Shown here piece after piece: positions 28,036 through 42,000 of a DNA stretch of 64,000 bases. The stretch comes from Botryllus schlosseri (taxonomy: Eukaryota), in the NCBI GenBank assembly GCA_051294905.1, contig CM119371.1:39930001-39994000 (forward strand). The letters run 5' to 3'. Both the position numbers and the translations under genes were made by a program. Each line of letters opens with the position of its first letter. The first letter of the stretch is position 1. Below the pieces are notes generated by a model. It searched no databases and was not told the DNA's origin. It saw only the letters and a program-made list of their open reading frames with translations.

Positions 28036-28871
28036 CAGGGGCGGGCAACATACGTCCCGCGAAAGGATTGTCTCCGGCCCGCGGACAGTTTTCCGTCTCT
28101 ACATGATGGTGTTGTCCGCGGCCCCAGTCTTCCGAGATTCCCCACTACTTGCTTGCATACGTCAAATTTTAGTGATTGTATGTCATTATACACAGCAAGC
28201 GAGGGTGGAGCATACTCGTAAATTCGTCGAAGCGAGAAGACTTATTGCATTATCTGCATTTACGATGTACTCAACCTTGATGTCATTTGTGGTAAACATG
28301 ATGTTTTTCGACTATAATGGTCATTTACATCAGGCCGATATTTCCTATTTTTGATTCCGTAACCGTCGACTTGTAGCACGGCACACTTCTAGGCTTCTGT
28401 AAGACACCGCTTATGCTAGAGGTCGCCAACTCAAAACGGATCGGGGGCCACTTTCAAATTTCGTGGAGGCCGCGGGCCACATGATTCAATTTCGAGATGA
28501 AATAGGCCACATAGTTATCTCGTCACCTACTAAACCCGAATGAATTGATATCTTGGTAATTTTTTTGTACCAGGCTTATCGAACGCCTTGAAATTTTAAT
28601 TATGAATTGCACCGTATGTTGATTAATCAGAGAGAATCATACATGGTGATGCCTGCATGACGATGTTGTTCTCAAATTCACATTGTCCTTGTCATTATTG
28701 ACAAAAATGGCTTTAAATTTGCATTGCTGTCGTTAAAATACATTCATTAAATACGATTTATTCCTTGTATATGAGGATAAATGGGCGAATAAGGTATCGA
28801 TTCAGCAATCCGGCCGCCAACTTCCTAATTTTCCTATATCCGGCCCGACGACTGGAGAAATATCGCCCCTG
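28036..28871. mobile_element. hAT MITE of the 16576 family with an internal insertion
   Basis: Colinear with 16576-17173 apart from about 250 extra bp (about 28275-28527); no clear TSD. Confidence 0.75.
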
Positions 28872-31505
28872 CACTAAACAGTAGGCTACAACAAACCTCG
28901 CGGATAAGTAGTGACAAAAACGTTTGGTCCCCAACGAAGTGCTGTTTCGATCCTATATATGAATAAACTGTCCACAGAATATTACTCAGTAGGGTTGCAC
29001 AAGTCTATAAAATAAAATATTATAACTATAATCTCAAAAATCTGCATCGACAGAAGCACAGCAGTTCCGCTTCACTGAATCATAGTCTTTATTTTGAAGA
29101 TAGCTCTTCTTATACAGGAGTTTGGCAACTTGCGAACGTTCAAAACTACAAATAGGTGTTCAGATTTGCATCATTGCAGCGAAAACCGATTGTGCCATTA
29201 GTTTGTCATTCAATCACATCGTTTGGTTCTTGCGTCACGGCTCTTTTATCAAACCCATATACAGTCAACAGTTGATGATACACTATATCATTAGTGGATG
29301 GCTACTCCTACATATTTACCATCTTGATGATTTGCTGTTGATGTTGAGAACCAATTGAATATCTTGCTAACATTCCGCCGGATATATTCCCACCAACCTT
29401 CATTTTCCATTTTCCTCTCATCTGTCACAAAATGATACGCCACTCAATTAGAAACATGACATCTCACCCTAAAAATATCGGCGCTTCTTCGATATACGCC
29501 CGAGATCGAAAATGTGTTTCACGTAACATGAGCAAGTGCTTCCCATGAGCACGATACAATTTTATAAACGTCCAAATAAATTATTTTTTTTTTCCTTTGA
29601 AGTCACAGATATTAGGGTTGGAGGTGGGTTAGGGTCACAGTTTGGGTTATGGTATCCCAAGATTAGGGTTGGGGAGCGGTATTAAGGTTGGATGTGGGTT
29701 AGGGTCAAGGTTACGGTCAAAGTTGAGGTTAGGTTTTCCCAATATTACGGTTGGGGAATGGGGTTGGATGCAGCCATGGGGTGATTACTTCATGAATGTA
29801 ATCGATTGCGATTACGACTACTTATGAATCACGCCTTTACGATTACGAATACGATTACAGAAAAATCCGCGAGTAGTCGATTACGATTACGATTACTTTG
29901 GAAAAGTAATCACGATTACTCACGATTACATTCATTTTGCTTCTGAGAAGTTATCTTTGGAAGACAACAATGCGATGAAAAGGCCTCATGAGAGAAGGTC
30001 TTTATTTTTAAATGAAATATAATGACGTCATTTCCTGTGTATGACATAATATACCATGACATGATTCACACAGAAATAGGCATTTCGGTGCCAGCCAATA
30101 CCGCGCCACAACACTACAAGACATGCTACATTGGCCGGAACATTGTGTTTGACCATTGTCCATAGCCGCGCTGGATGGTCGCGAAGAATAGTCTTCTCAA
30201 TCTCAGCCCCACAATACAAATGCCACCGGGGGCACTCACTGAGGAAAATGATGAACCACGTGCATAAATGACAATTTTTGGTGCGTCTCACAAAAGTTTT
30301 TCGTTTAGTTTTCTTTTTGTCCGCTACGTTTGGGCGACTCCAATATCTGCTGACTATATAGCAGACACGGGGTCACGAGTTAACAACATACAATAAATCT
30401 ATAGTCGTAAATTATGTGCCTAAATATTCGCGCCTGACGCGACTTGACAGCAAATTCACAGCGGATCCATCGCATCAAATCGTGTTTTCCAGTTCTTGTG
30501 AAAAGCCCGGCCTTTAACGGGGTTCTGGGGGACTTCGCCCGCCACAAGCTTTATTGATCGCCTTATGGGGAGAACAAGATCACCATTTGTGAGAATGGCG
30601 GTGGCGAAGTGCTGTTTCGGTACTGATTCTAGCTGAAATCCACGCTAACATGGTGTGTAAGCGGATTGCTAGTTGCATATCCGAATGAGTATAAAATTGC
30701 GAAAGAACAATTTTTGCCAGTTTTAAAGGTCAACTATATCGACCGAAACAACTTGAGCTCATTCAGTAGAGTTTTACATGCCGATTCCAAAAATATACAC
30801 CATACCTTCTAAAATTACGTATTTTCTGAGATATCGAGCAGCGAAAGTCGCAAAATGCCACCACAGACGAAAACGGTAGTAAAATCAATGAAGCATGTCG
30901 ATGACGTACTACCATGAGGATTTCTGATGCTGCGGCTGTGGTGTATGTATCGAAGTGGGATAATGTCAACCTCTGAAGCTGTGGACTGAACTAATAGCTA
31001 CACGGTGTCTAGCAAATCTGATTCCGACGCTATTGAGGAATTCCTGTATATAGGTAAGCCATTGAATGGTATATACAATCAGGCATTACTGGCCGACGAA
31101 AGTACCGTACCGTTTGGCCAAATGATTGGACTTGCGCGTCCAAAACAATTAGTGTAACGCATACATGTAAGATTGTGCGGTATGCTGACGATCTAAGCTT
31201 GAAGACCGATGCATATAACTAATACATATTGACTTTTCAGAGACGCTAGACCTGACTAGATTCACTCTAAGGAATTCAGCTCCGCCGCATGCACTGGATC
31301 CGAAGTATTCCGACGTCGCTGATCAGTTCTCACAGACTACTACTTCCACTTTATCTTTGTATGTAATAAAATGGCTTTACTCAAAAGCTTTTACTGGATT
31401 CTAATACATACAGAAAAGTCGAAAGCTTTTATTGGGTTCTAATAAATACAGAATCGCAAAAATTATAATATCATAGAATTGAATAGCATATTCATATTAA
31501 AATGA

Positions 31506-31539
31506 ACCCGAATATTTTCGGCTGACACTCGTCAGGGGT
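31506..31539 (-). ncRNA. Minimal hammerhead ribozyme, opposite-arm copy
   Basis: Exact reverse complement of 32732-32765. Further copies at 544-577(-), 4137-4170(-), 4408-4441(+), 25988-26021(+, GAAA>GGAA), 54490-54523(-) and 54667-54700(+). Confidence 0.8.
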
Positions 31540-31640
31540 AATCGTCAGCAACTAGTAGAGAATTCGAAAGAACAGCGTATATCAACAATCGTAGCACAAA
31601 ATATGACGTCACCAGCACGAAATGTCGAATACGAGAGCGT

Positions 31641-32393
31641 TCAATGTACTATTTTTAGATGATACACGAACTCTTTTTGTTGACACAGCCTTGGCTGGTG
31701 TATTTTGATAAAAGTCGACTCCAAGGCGCACAAATGAAAGTGTGAGCGACCCTTTCCGAGTATGCGAAATCTGTCGTCTCGATAATTTTTCGCACAGGCG
31801 GGATTATCCAACAAGTGTTTGCCAATTGCAGAATTTATGGCCTTTGATTGGTCCGCATCAATCTTGAGCGGGTGAGTTAAGGGTGAGCTTTTCATCGAGC
31901 GTGTTCTAATGAATCTAGGGACATGCTGATTTATGCGTTCCTGCAAGCGCTTTGACGTTCTTCCCACGTAGCCACAATCACAGTGGCACTTAAATTCATA
32001 AACTACATTGCTTTGCTGAAGTGCGGGTAGCACGTCTTTACGTGTTGCGGGGAGCAGTTGCGTTGTCGTGAAAATCACGTTGGTCTTCACTGTGTCGTAA
32101 CACTTATTGACCGCTGAAATCAATTGCTTTTCAAAGCGGGTGGAAATAGGCCCTATCCAAGGTAGATGGATGTAAACATCTTTGGTTGTTCGTTCGGTAG
32201 GCTCTGTTGACTTTTCTGCATTGAAATGTGTTACTTTCCTCTCTATGCCACGGTTGATGACATGTTCAGGGTAACCGTTATCAAGTAAGATTTTCCGGAT
32301 ATTGTCAAGTTCTGAGTTCAGTTTATTACCCGAACATATCATCAACGCTCTATGCACGAGGGTGCCTATGAGGTTGATTTTTCTGCGGCTAGG
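31641..32393 (-). pseudogene. Penelope RT-thumb plus GIY-YIG endonuclease fragment (open frame, 5'-truncated)
   Basis: ORF 31641-32423; its first ~10 codons come from the inverted arm and are not part of the protein. Confidence 0.88.
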
Positions 32394-32731
32394 ACTCACC
32401 CGCTCAAGATTGATGCGGACCAATCAAAGGCCATAAATTCTGCAATTGGCAAACACTTGTTGGATAATCCCGCCTGTGCGAAAAATTATCGAGACGACAG
32501 ATTTCGCATACTCGGAAAGGGTCGCTCACACTTTCATTTGTGCGCCTTGGAGTCGACTTTTATCAAAATACACCAGCCAAGGCTGTGTCAACAAAAAGAG
32601 TTCGTGTATCATCTAAAAATAGTACATTGAACGCTCTCGTATTCGACATTTCGTGCTGGTGACGTCATATTTTGTGCTACGATTGTTGATATACGCTGTT
32701 CTTTCGAATTCTCTACTAGTTGCTGACGATT

Positions 32732-32765
32732 ACCCCTGACGAGTGTCAGCCGAAAATATTCGGGT
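32732..32765 (+). ncRNA. Minimal type-I hammerhead ribozyme in the Penelope 3' repeat
   Basis: accc-CTGACGA-g(tgtcagc)c-GAAA-atat-TC-gggt: intact core, helix I accc/gggt, vestigial helix II, palindromic AATATT in place of helix III. Confidence 0.8.
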
Positions 32766-35700
32766 TCATTTTAATATGAATATGCTATTCAATTGTATAT
32801 TGAAGTTCTGTACCTCAAAGAAGCTGTTCAAATATCATAGAAGGAAATTATCTCAATAAATATCTGTGAATAAGTGATATTCCCAGGATTCTTCGGCGAA
32901 TTTTCTTTTTTTATGTTATGCTCCAGCATGATGCCCTCGACCACGATTGTCAATGTTTCTGAAATAACAATTTACAGCAGAAATTCAATCATATACACTC
33001 ACTAGCACTCCATTTACTTTATTTTTATTGTAACACTGGTTCAATGTCTATATGAAAGCCAGCAGCAGGACAAGAGTTTTTTATGTAAGCCTATAGATCA
33101 TGGGTGGTTGTTTGAATGTTACAAAACTCTGAATTTGTTGGGAAAAGTGAGGTTGAAATAATAATTACCTACCGTGACACGGCATCATCGTGATGTATGG
33201 CTTGATCTCGTTGCAATCTTGCACGTGCAGCAGCAAGGGGAGGGGGTTCTGGCCACACCTCGTGGTCAACTGGTCAATGATATGATTGAGTGACAGATGT
33301 GCCTCCAGAAGTCGTTCTTCACTATTGTACAGCATCCTTTGCGGTAGAGAAAGTGTGATGGCAAAGTGCTCCTACTCCGACTACAGCAGCTTATTGAAAA
33401 ACACTGTACATAGGTGAGCACAGCAGCCTTCCTTATATTGGACTGCAAAAGGGTCTTTCCGGACTTGCTTTTCTTCTCCTCTTCGCATCTGTTTTCATTG
33501 AAGTGCGGGGCAGCTAGCCGTCCTCGTCCTTACCGAGGTGGCGTGTCCATGGAATCAATTAATGAGATGGGAACAGAACTGCTTGCCTTGAACGTGGGCT
33601 TCTGTACTTCCTCTACACAAGTCATCGCAAATTATAAGAACCTAAAGTACCATAAAATGAAGATTGAATAGTCCAGTCGGGCATGACGAATCAAAACAAC
33701 GCAGCATCAGGTAATTTAGGCGAAGACAACAACCAACGATTGACTTAGACATCCCATTCAGTGTTCCATGTATCGGCAAAATCCTCATGGTAGTACGTCA
33801 TCGACACGGTTGCTGATTTTACAGCCGTTTCCCAGAGGTCGGCAGTTTGCACTGCGATATCTCAGAAAATACGTAATTTTAGAAGTTAGGATGTATACTA
33901 TTGGAATCAGCATAAAAAACTCTACAAAATGAGCCAAAGTTGTTTTGGTCGATATAGTTGACCTTTAAGTAGGGCCTTATGAGAATATGATAAGGTAAAC
34001 ATCAACTTCTGACTGCATTCCACTTAATACAAAAATTTCGATCTGCCGTTTTACTATAGTGACGGAAAATAAACGGCTCGGTTATGATTTTTATCAGCAG
34101 CCTGGTTTTTAATGCTTCGATGTAGAAATTGTCATGTTTAATTTGACGGGTACAAAATTTCGAATCGTTGTCCATTGTCTACGTAGCGCAACCACATCGC
34201 GGATCGAATTTCAAACCTTTGGGATATGTATTTCTATTGATGAGGTCACGGCATGCGCCCATAATTTTACGATCATATTCGACAGGCTGATATTAACCAG
34301 CGCGTTGTCGGCATTAAAACCCCAGGTGCGTAGCCCTAGCCAGGTAGTTTCTCATTTATAACTACAAATCCCGTCCTTTTGAAATGTCAATTCACGAAAT
34401 CGTATTATCGATGCTGCGTACTGCAAATTAGCGAGAATCATTTATATGCGAAATTGGTCATCGGTATCTCATGTGCACTATCCGCGGCGGTTTGATTTAG
34501 CGCGTCCGCATGTAGGCTTGCTACCGTCCGCAGATACACTTTCGCCAAACAGTAACAATCCCTGAGTGCAATATTGTTTGTGTTTATGTATCTTTTTCAT
34601 TAAAACCTATGCCCACGTCGGGACAAATTGTGCTCGTTGCCTATGCCTAATCTGGGTATCTAGGTATGACTATAGCACATCATGTAATTGTAATTATCGC
34701 AGGTTAGCGGCATGTCTGCAATTTTGTTATCAGCGCATCTTCTCGGCCGATTGAACATTCCAATGAAATTATTTACTACTATGTATTTCGCACAGCGTAC
34801 TGAGGCTGATTTCAGCAAACTAACGATGTTTATTAGACGAACGAATTCGACCGCATCGTTAGAAACGTAGATTCGAATTACTATCGCGATTTGACGATCA
34901 AATATACGTTCACCTTTTACAAATTAAGGGGCATTATTTGCATTGATGAGGGCTGCAAGCTGCGTTTGAAGTATTTTGTGAACCATTTTTGTGACAAATA
35001 TTCTCGGAGCGCAAAGTCGAACAGTGTTTAATTGTGTGTGCCTGCTAGTTATTCCAGTACCCATAATATTGATCCAATTATGCTTTGGGAACGTAAATCG
35101 GGAAATGCAGCAACGTAGTCAAAATCAATGTTTTAAATAGCAACCTATTTTCGCGATGCGAGCTACTCAATAGTAAGTAAAAACCCTTTGTGATGGCGGT
35201 AAGGGATAAGTACTGATTGGCCGCGCTCGTTTGTAATCATAATTCTTGTCTGTTTTTCGTGCTCTAGAATTGTCGCGCCGTGTTACTGCTCAGTCCAGCG
35301 ACGAATGCCGAGCGCGCGGCAATCAATGACATAATTTTGCAGTCGCAATAATTTCGCAATGGTCGAGGCCCGCGTAACACTGATAATACGACTTGTTGAA
35401 TTGCAACTGAATATTAGGGTCAGAATGGTCATTTCCAAAGGACGGGGTTTTGCATTTCCAAAGGGGTGTCGACACCTGGTTACGCGCCTGTCGCCACCCC
35501 ATGCAAAAATAAAAGTCGGCGCCTATGGGACCCCGTACGCTAGATCTTTTACATCGGACAACGATATCAACTTCATTGGTTGGTTGAATAAGCATCATTC
35601 GCTGACTACGTGTAGTGTATTTCGTTCTTGATGCTGTGTGATTACGGGTCAAGCTTACAGCTGAGTGACACTAAATATTCACAAACGGAGAGCTGGATAT

Positions 35701-37255
35701 TTCAAGCAAACTTTTGTAACCAAGAAAGTAAAATTATTAAGATTGTCAAGGTGCATGCTTGTGCACTGTTGATTTTCCTGCTGCCAGCGCGATGTATAGA
35801 CTGACCCGCAGTTGAAATGCAATAAATTGTGACCAAGGATGTCATAATGACGTGAAAATTGTAATATATCAAAAAGGTTCACAGTGCACAACCGGGGCCT
35901 ATCAAGGTTCGTTTGTGAACGTGAACCTCTAAATTTTAGAGGTTCACATATAGAACGCGAACGCGAACACGAACCTCACAAATCATAAACTGGAATTCTT
36001 TTTTGCGTTCCGCGCCACTTTCTTCCAGCTAGAATTTATTGTCTCTCTGTTCTTTCGTCTGACGTCACGTTAACGTTCATGATCCCCACAAAACTGTAGT
36101 ATAGGCCTAATATACGAATCCGACATAGTGACTTTATGGTTAGGGTTCTGGTAAAAATCCTTTCGCCTCTGCTTAAATTCTCTTCTAATCGAAGCAATAA
36201 ATAAAATCATGATTTTACTAATTATAAAACAATAAAAGAACATGGGATGAATGAGGACCATATCAATTAATATAATGGAACATATCGAATAAACTCAATA
36301 ATTCGCAGTTCGGAGACACCATCCCATAGTTCAAATAGTTCAATCTCACTGGCAGAAATGGGTCGCCAGAATCGCCATTAACCTGTTTCCAGATATGTTG
36401 AGTAGGGCAGGTGCGGGGTTACAGGTCAGAAGGTTCTCAGTCACAAGTCAGTCTCACTTTCACAGTTTTTAATCGAGTCAGGTCGAGTCATTTTCAAATC
36501 ACCACCGAGTGAAGTCCTAGTCGGAGTTGGATGTAGGACAGGCATTATATTTTTGTGGTTGCAAAAAGTGTACATTTTCTAATTTTTCTAGGTCAATGAT
36601 ACAGTTGTTATTTCAATAATGTGTGATACTCGAATATTCGACTAGACGCCAAATGCGCGATCCAGAATCGAATCCCTCAGGTAATCAATTTCGATCAGTG
36701 CAAATGTTGAGTCAAGTCTGAATTATCCATAACACTAGCCTATGTAGCATTAGTATCATTGATGATATCTGGAGTGATTTCTGGGTGCGAAAAACTATGT
36801 CCGGTTTATGTACAATGCACATGATTAATAAATAATAAGCCATATTCATACAACTCCCCAGAAAATGAAACAGCCGCAAAAATATATAAAGTCAGCGCGG
36901 AGGAATTAAATCGAATATCAAGGGTGAATACCTGATATAAATCGACCTGAATTAAATCTGCCTTATAAATTCAATATCGGAGTGAACGGGGCAATATTGA
37001 ATAATTACCAAATACATAACATTTCTTTTAGTGCAACACGCTGTAGATTTTTCCATGGTAATGTGAGTAGGCCTACATTGCAGATTTATTGATATCACGA
37101 TGACATTTTTTAAATCGGAAGAAATCCCGAAAACTTGAACAAAAATGACATTACGGATGGTCCCCACACATTTCCAGATGGTGACCCCTCAATTTCTGCA
37201 CGCAAGTGGATAAAAATGCACATTAACAAACTAAATTAAACATAATATATCTGAC

Positions 37256-38650
37256 CTTTGTAAAGATCGTTTTGTGATTTGGAGAAGACGACGCCTGCCA
37301 CGAATCGTCGCACAACGGACCATCGTTCTTCATGGAGATGTTCTTCATCGAAGCGAGAGAACTCGTTGAGATTCATTTCTGCTATGAAAATCGCTGCCAG
37401 ATATTCTTGAAGGCTTTGATGACAGAAAAACAATGTGAAATTTCCTTCCATCAAATGTCGGCTTAGTAAGTTGTTCCCCGGGACTTTAGTCATCAAATCT
37501 TGGACTTCATCTGCCGAAATTCCAAATTCCTTCAAGTCCGCCTCTTTAAACACGACCCGTCCTTCTCTCATGCCTCGAAATGCCAATGACTTCAGTTTGT
37601 TGACGATCGATAAGATTTGTTCCCGATTTCGAATGTTTTCGACGCTTTGTAGGGATGATATGATCCTGGTGTATAATTCTGTCACCGTTGTTGGAGGAGG
37701 TTTATCTGGATCCCTGCCCATCACAACTGCCGTTAGAACCAGAAAAACGGGCACAGAGATTAAATTGAGCAATCTTGGTGACATAGTCTCAATTTTCTGC
37801 CAGAGCTCCTCACCATTCTCTTTGAGTAAAAATGCAAATAGCCTATGCGCGTCATCATACGTAAGGCCATTCAGCGTGATGATGGTTTCCGGTCGCGCCA
37901 TCGCCGGTAACTCTGAAACCTTGAACTCGCGCGAAGCTATGTAGACATTTACGCGACGTAGGATATTCCGGGATAAAATGTTGTACATGATTGTCCCGCA
38001 GCTTGCTTTTTCGTGCTTTTTCATTTTGCGTGGAGTTTTCTCAAAATCCCACCTTGCTTGATCAAGTCCGTCGAATATTAGGAGTGCATCGGATTGATGT
38101 TTATCCAGCCATTTAAATGCATGATCCTCTTCAAATTCATTTTCGAAGAGCCCTCCAAATAAAAATTTAGATGGTTTAATATCGCCCTTCACTTCGACGT
38201 CCTTCAACTCAATATAATGGACCATTGTTTTACCGTTAGAGTACAGATCTTCAACATGCTCAATGTTGGTGGATGCGCCAAGAGCTCGTCGAGCTATTCT
38301 GCGTGTAAGCGTGGATTTTCCCGATCCAGCAGATGCCACAATAGCGGTTATACCAACAATTCCTGATAAGCCTGATTTTTTCTTTTGCCACATGGATGCC
38401 ACTACGTCCACGATCCCGATATCTTTCGCTCTAAGTGTGTCCTTACGCAGAAATCCAACTTCCTGTGTCAGCTGATTATGGCCATAGCGACCTTTGTAAT
38501 AATCATCAACGTCAACTTGACGCATCTGCGGGTAAACTTGAAAGTCAGGTTGCTGAAGCTTTTCATGTCGGAAGTCATCAAGGATATCAATGGCCGTAAC
38601 ATTTATGGTATTTTCGTTGCAAATTTGTAACAACTTTTCGTTACTGATAT
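37256..38650 (-). CDS. NLR-type receptor, NACHT-domain exon (1395 nt, phase 1-1)
   Basis: 465-codon open frame with Walker A (ASAGSGKST), Walker B (LLIFDGLDQ), sensor-1-like IASR, VPVFL and winged-helix FFCHQSLQEYLAA motifs. Acceptor ttttatttccag before 38650, donor gtcaga after 37256. Confidence 0.93.
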
Positions 38651-38804
38651 CTGGAAATAAAATATGGAAATTATAGGTATGAAAGATAAAGAAAACTTGA
38701 AATCTTCATATAGATACAGTTTGTCGAGCTATCGTTCTCACACGGAAATTTGACTGCAGATGAACGCAAGTAGTAGTATAGATCGCTCGCGATTCGCCAT
38801 TGTG

Positions 38805-39092
38805 GCTTATGGGTGCGGTCGCATGCGGCTGGGAAACTCGTGGTGGCATGCGGCTCTTATTTCTTATGGGTGCGGTCGCATGCGGCTATTGCGTCTTATG
38901 GGTGCGGTGGCAAGCGGCTCTTATTTCTTATGGCGGGGGTCGCAAGCGGCTGGGAAATCCGGGGTGGCATGCGGTTCTTTTGTCTTATGGCGGTGGTGGC
39001 ATGCGGCTCTTTTGTCTTATGGCGGGGGCGGCATGCGGCTCTTTTGTCTTATGGCGGTGGTGGCAAGCGGCTATTGCGTCTTATGGGTGCGG
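38805..39092 (+). repeat. GC-rich subterminal minisatellite of the Polinton-like TIR (mirror copy about 50376-50631, 32 bp shorter)
   Basis: Recurrent cttatggcggtggtggcatgcggct-type units of about 32 bp; boundaries approximate. Confidence 0.8.
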
Positions 39093-42000
39093 CCGTGAAT
39101 CGCCCTTTCGGGTATAGTCAACTCTTGCGCTGTGTTGAAGAAGTATCAGGAATAGTAAATAGTCACGTGATTGATTCTTAGTTAATGTGTATATTACAAA
39201 TTATTAAATATGACCGATTCGAGTTAATCCCAGCGTTTACGGTAAGTACGACAATGATATAACGTTATTCTTATGGCGGTGGTGGCATGCGGCTATTGTA
39301 TCGTGTTCTAACTCAAGTCTTTTCGCGCTGTGCCTATTGATTCCTACGTAACCTGAATAGCACGCCGACTTTCAGATCGGGTTATTCGCACCTTGTATAC
39401 CGCTGTTTCGCACCTACAGAATAGTCTGCTGTTCACAGTCGTGACTTCACCGCGATAGCGCGATTTTCGAATCAGTCGCATGGTAATGTTTTGCTATTTA
39501 GTTTACCACAGAGCGGTGTAGACGACGATTCGAATACCAACAATAACCGCGTTCACATACTAACACTCCAAAAAGGTGTGAAATATTTCCTACGACCACT
39601 CACAAGATAGCACATCAGAATAGTCATCTCTCGTGGTTTGATGTTACAAAGATAGGAATCACGCACAAGTAATATTTTGGTAATAAGTTTGTCACATAAC
39701 CGGCGTAGACGCTGATACCAACAATAGCCGCGTTCACAAACTAACACTTCAAAAAGGTGTGAATTAGGTTGCAAACCCCGCGATCGCTGACAAGATATTG
39801 TCTCGGACATAACCATCTTTCGCGACTTGCTGTTACATACATCCCAATCACTCACAAGATACTATTTTGGTACTTAGTTTGTCACAGAACCGGATTTCAC
39901 TGGTAAAATTTAATAAGTAACGAATAACAGAGCCGGCGTAGACGGTGATTCGAATACCGACAAATTTTCACTTATTTCTGCCCCAACCTCTGTGAAGTTG
40001 ACGCTTATTCAAAAAAGGTGTGAAATAATTGTAAAATCCTACGTCGGTGACGCGATAATGCATGAGACATAGCGATCTAGTTATAGTACGGTGTCGGAAT
40101 CCAATCGCGAGATGTTCTATAGGTAAATTGAGATAATCCGAAACGAAATATTTTGACTTTGGCGTAGTGTGAATTGAAATAGGATTGACAAACATGACTA
40201 TCAACTTTCCCACAGTCCCATATTGATATTATACGCACATTGATTTGAAACAAGTAATGGAACATTGCAACTCTATTCGCGATCCGACTTTTCGTTTGTC
40301 AAAGCGACATTTTAACATCTTACCATACTCAAAAGAATTATTTACAACATTAACAAGTGTTCAAAATCCAGTTTTCACTTACTTGATTATATCACTGCAA
40401 CTCACAAATTTGAATTAATTCATCCTGGATGTATTCGTATGATCGGTCTTTTTTATTCAATTGTAAAGGTCGTTACTATTCTGAAGACAAAGTAAGCTAT
40501 TTACTAATCGACACATGAATGACTTGACATAAACATATTATATTTTGAGTATACGAGATTTGAATGTCTGAACAATAACTGATAAATAATTTATCACAAT
40601 AAAATACGTATATTACAGCGTAAAAGATGTTTGAATGTCAGCAACTCTGTACGGTCATAGTCACTACCACTAATTTACCCGACCAACTCGTCATGATCAT
40701 TCCTGAAATCAACACAAATATGACCACTGACTTGAGTTAACCACAAAACAGCATCAAGTTTTAAATCCACTCGTAGCTTACGGATTATTTGAATGCTGGT
40801 TATGTTTTGTTGTAATTGAGCTAACGAAATAGTATTACGTCTCGACATCTTACCATCTTACCATATTCAAAGAATCAACCACGAAAACATTGTCAAGTAA
40901 ATCCGTTAACCGACCAACTCAAACAGTATCAATACGAAAAACAACCAAACATACACGAATCCATACAATCACTAAAACCTAAAATCCATAACAAACCCGG
41001 TTGTATTCATATCCCAACGCATCTTTTTTATTCACTTGAATATTAAATTATTTGCGTTAATTAGATCTGCATTGTGGTAAATGTTATGACTGCAACAAAC
41101 TTTTCAGAAACATTGTTATTAACATATTGATTTGTAAAACTATGCGTGTCTGAAATGTTTTTGATTTGAAAGATATTCCGTGTTTGTACAAATCACTTTA
41201 CGTATTACGGATATCAGAAAATATTTTTACAAATGTAGTTGTTTCCAGTAACCAACACTAAAGATGGCACAACAATTTCGTTATCCAAACATTGAACACC
41301 CGATGCAAAATGCTTTATTGGTCAAATTCGTGACGGCTAATTGAAACGACTACGTATAGAGTCAGTATATTACAATTTCATGTCGTTACTATTGAATCCA
41401 GCAATTGATACAATTTGTTGTCGGAGTTGTGACAGCGCATTGAAACATACACAACTTACAGAGTGTGAAAATATCACTTTGGGTATCGAGTACCGTTTGA
41501 AGCGTGCGATCAATACATAATTCCGTTCGCACTCTCTAAGACGTTGTGAAGTCTACAGATTTACACTTCAAGACTTTGATCAACACATATGCAATTTGGA
41601 ATATCTTTACTGGATGCATCCTATTCGACTAGACTTGAGTAATACACAAAACTCATAGCATTAACAAAATCGCAATAGGCGCTACACTGAAATCTACGAA
41701 ATGTTTTTCTATTGTTGTTAGTGATCATAAATTATCATTTGAATAAGTAATTGTAATCATAAAACCAAACTTGCGAAAGTCATTACCATAACAAAAGAAT
41801 ATTGTAGGTTGCTTGCTAAATGTATGCCGGAAATATTTGTAGAACGCTCACGACCAAAGAAATTGGAAATTTTCCCATTGTCATTCGTCAAAGTAAATGT
41901 CGTCACAATAATCAGTCACTAAAATACCTTACTTGTATGTGATTGAATCGCCGACAATTAACTCGGTAAATCAAACCCCTGAGAAATTTCACTCAGTCAT

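Larger units (their letters stand above)
31479..32830. mobile_element. 5'-truncated Penelope-like retroelement in inverted two-arm form
   Basis: Minus arm (31479 to about 32393) encodes the RT thumb (LVHRALMICS...NGYP) and a GIY-YIG endonuclease (NVVYEFKCHCDCGYVGRT...RINQH). Plus arm (32394-32830) is an inverted copy of the 3' end. TSD AATATCATAGAA (31467-31478, 32831-32842). Confidence 0.93.
30727..33964. mobile_element. Kolobok-like non-autonomous DNA transposon hosting the Penelope insertion
   Basis: TTAA|AGGTCAACTATATCGACC...GGTCGATATAGTTGACCT|TTAA, with about 190-bp imperfect TIRs. RR..YY ends plus TTAA fit Kolobok better than piggyBac. Confidence 0.75.

Noticed and set aside
29612..29765. 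GGGTTA-like repeats (also about 52845-52905)
   Set aside because: Short, degenerate and interstitial; more likely part of a dispersed repeat than a telomere.
37435..38630. Plus-strand ORFs of 169, 70 and 81 aa
   Set aside because: Antisense shadows of the NACHT exon.
38760..39181. Three overlapping Gly/Ala/Cys-rich ORFs and their mirrors at 50287-50636
   Set aside because: Translations of the GC-rich minisatellite, open in all frames because the unit lacks stop codons.
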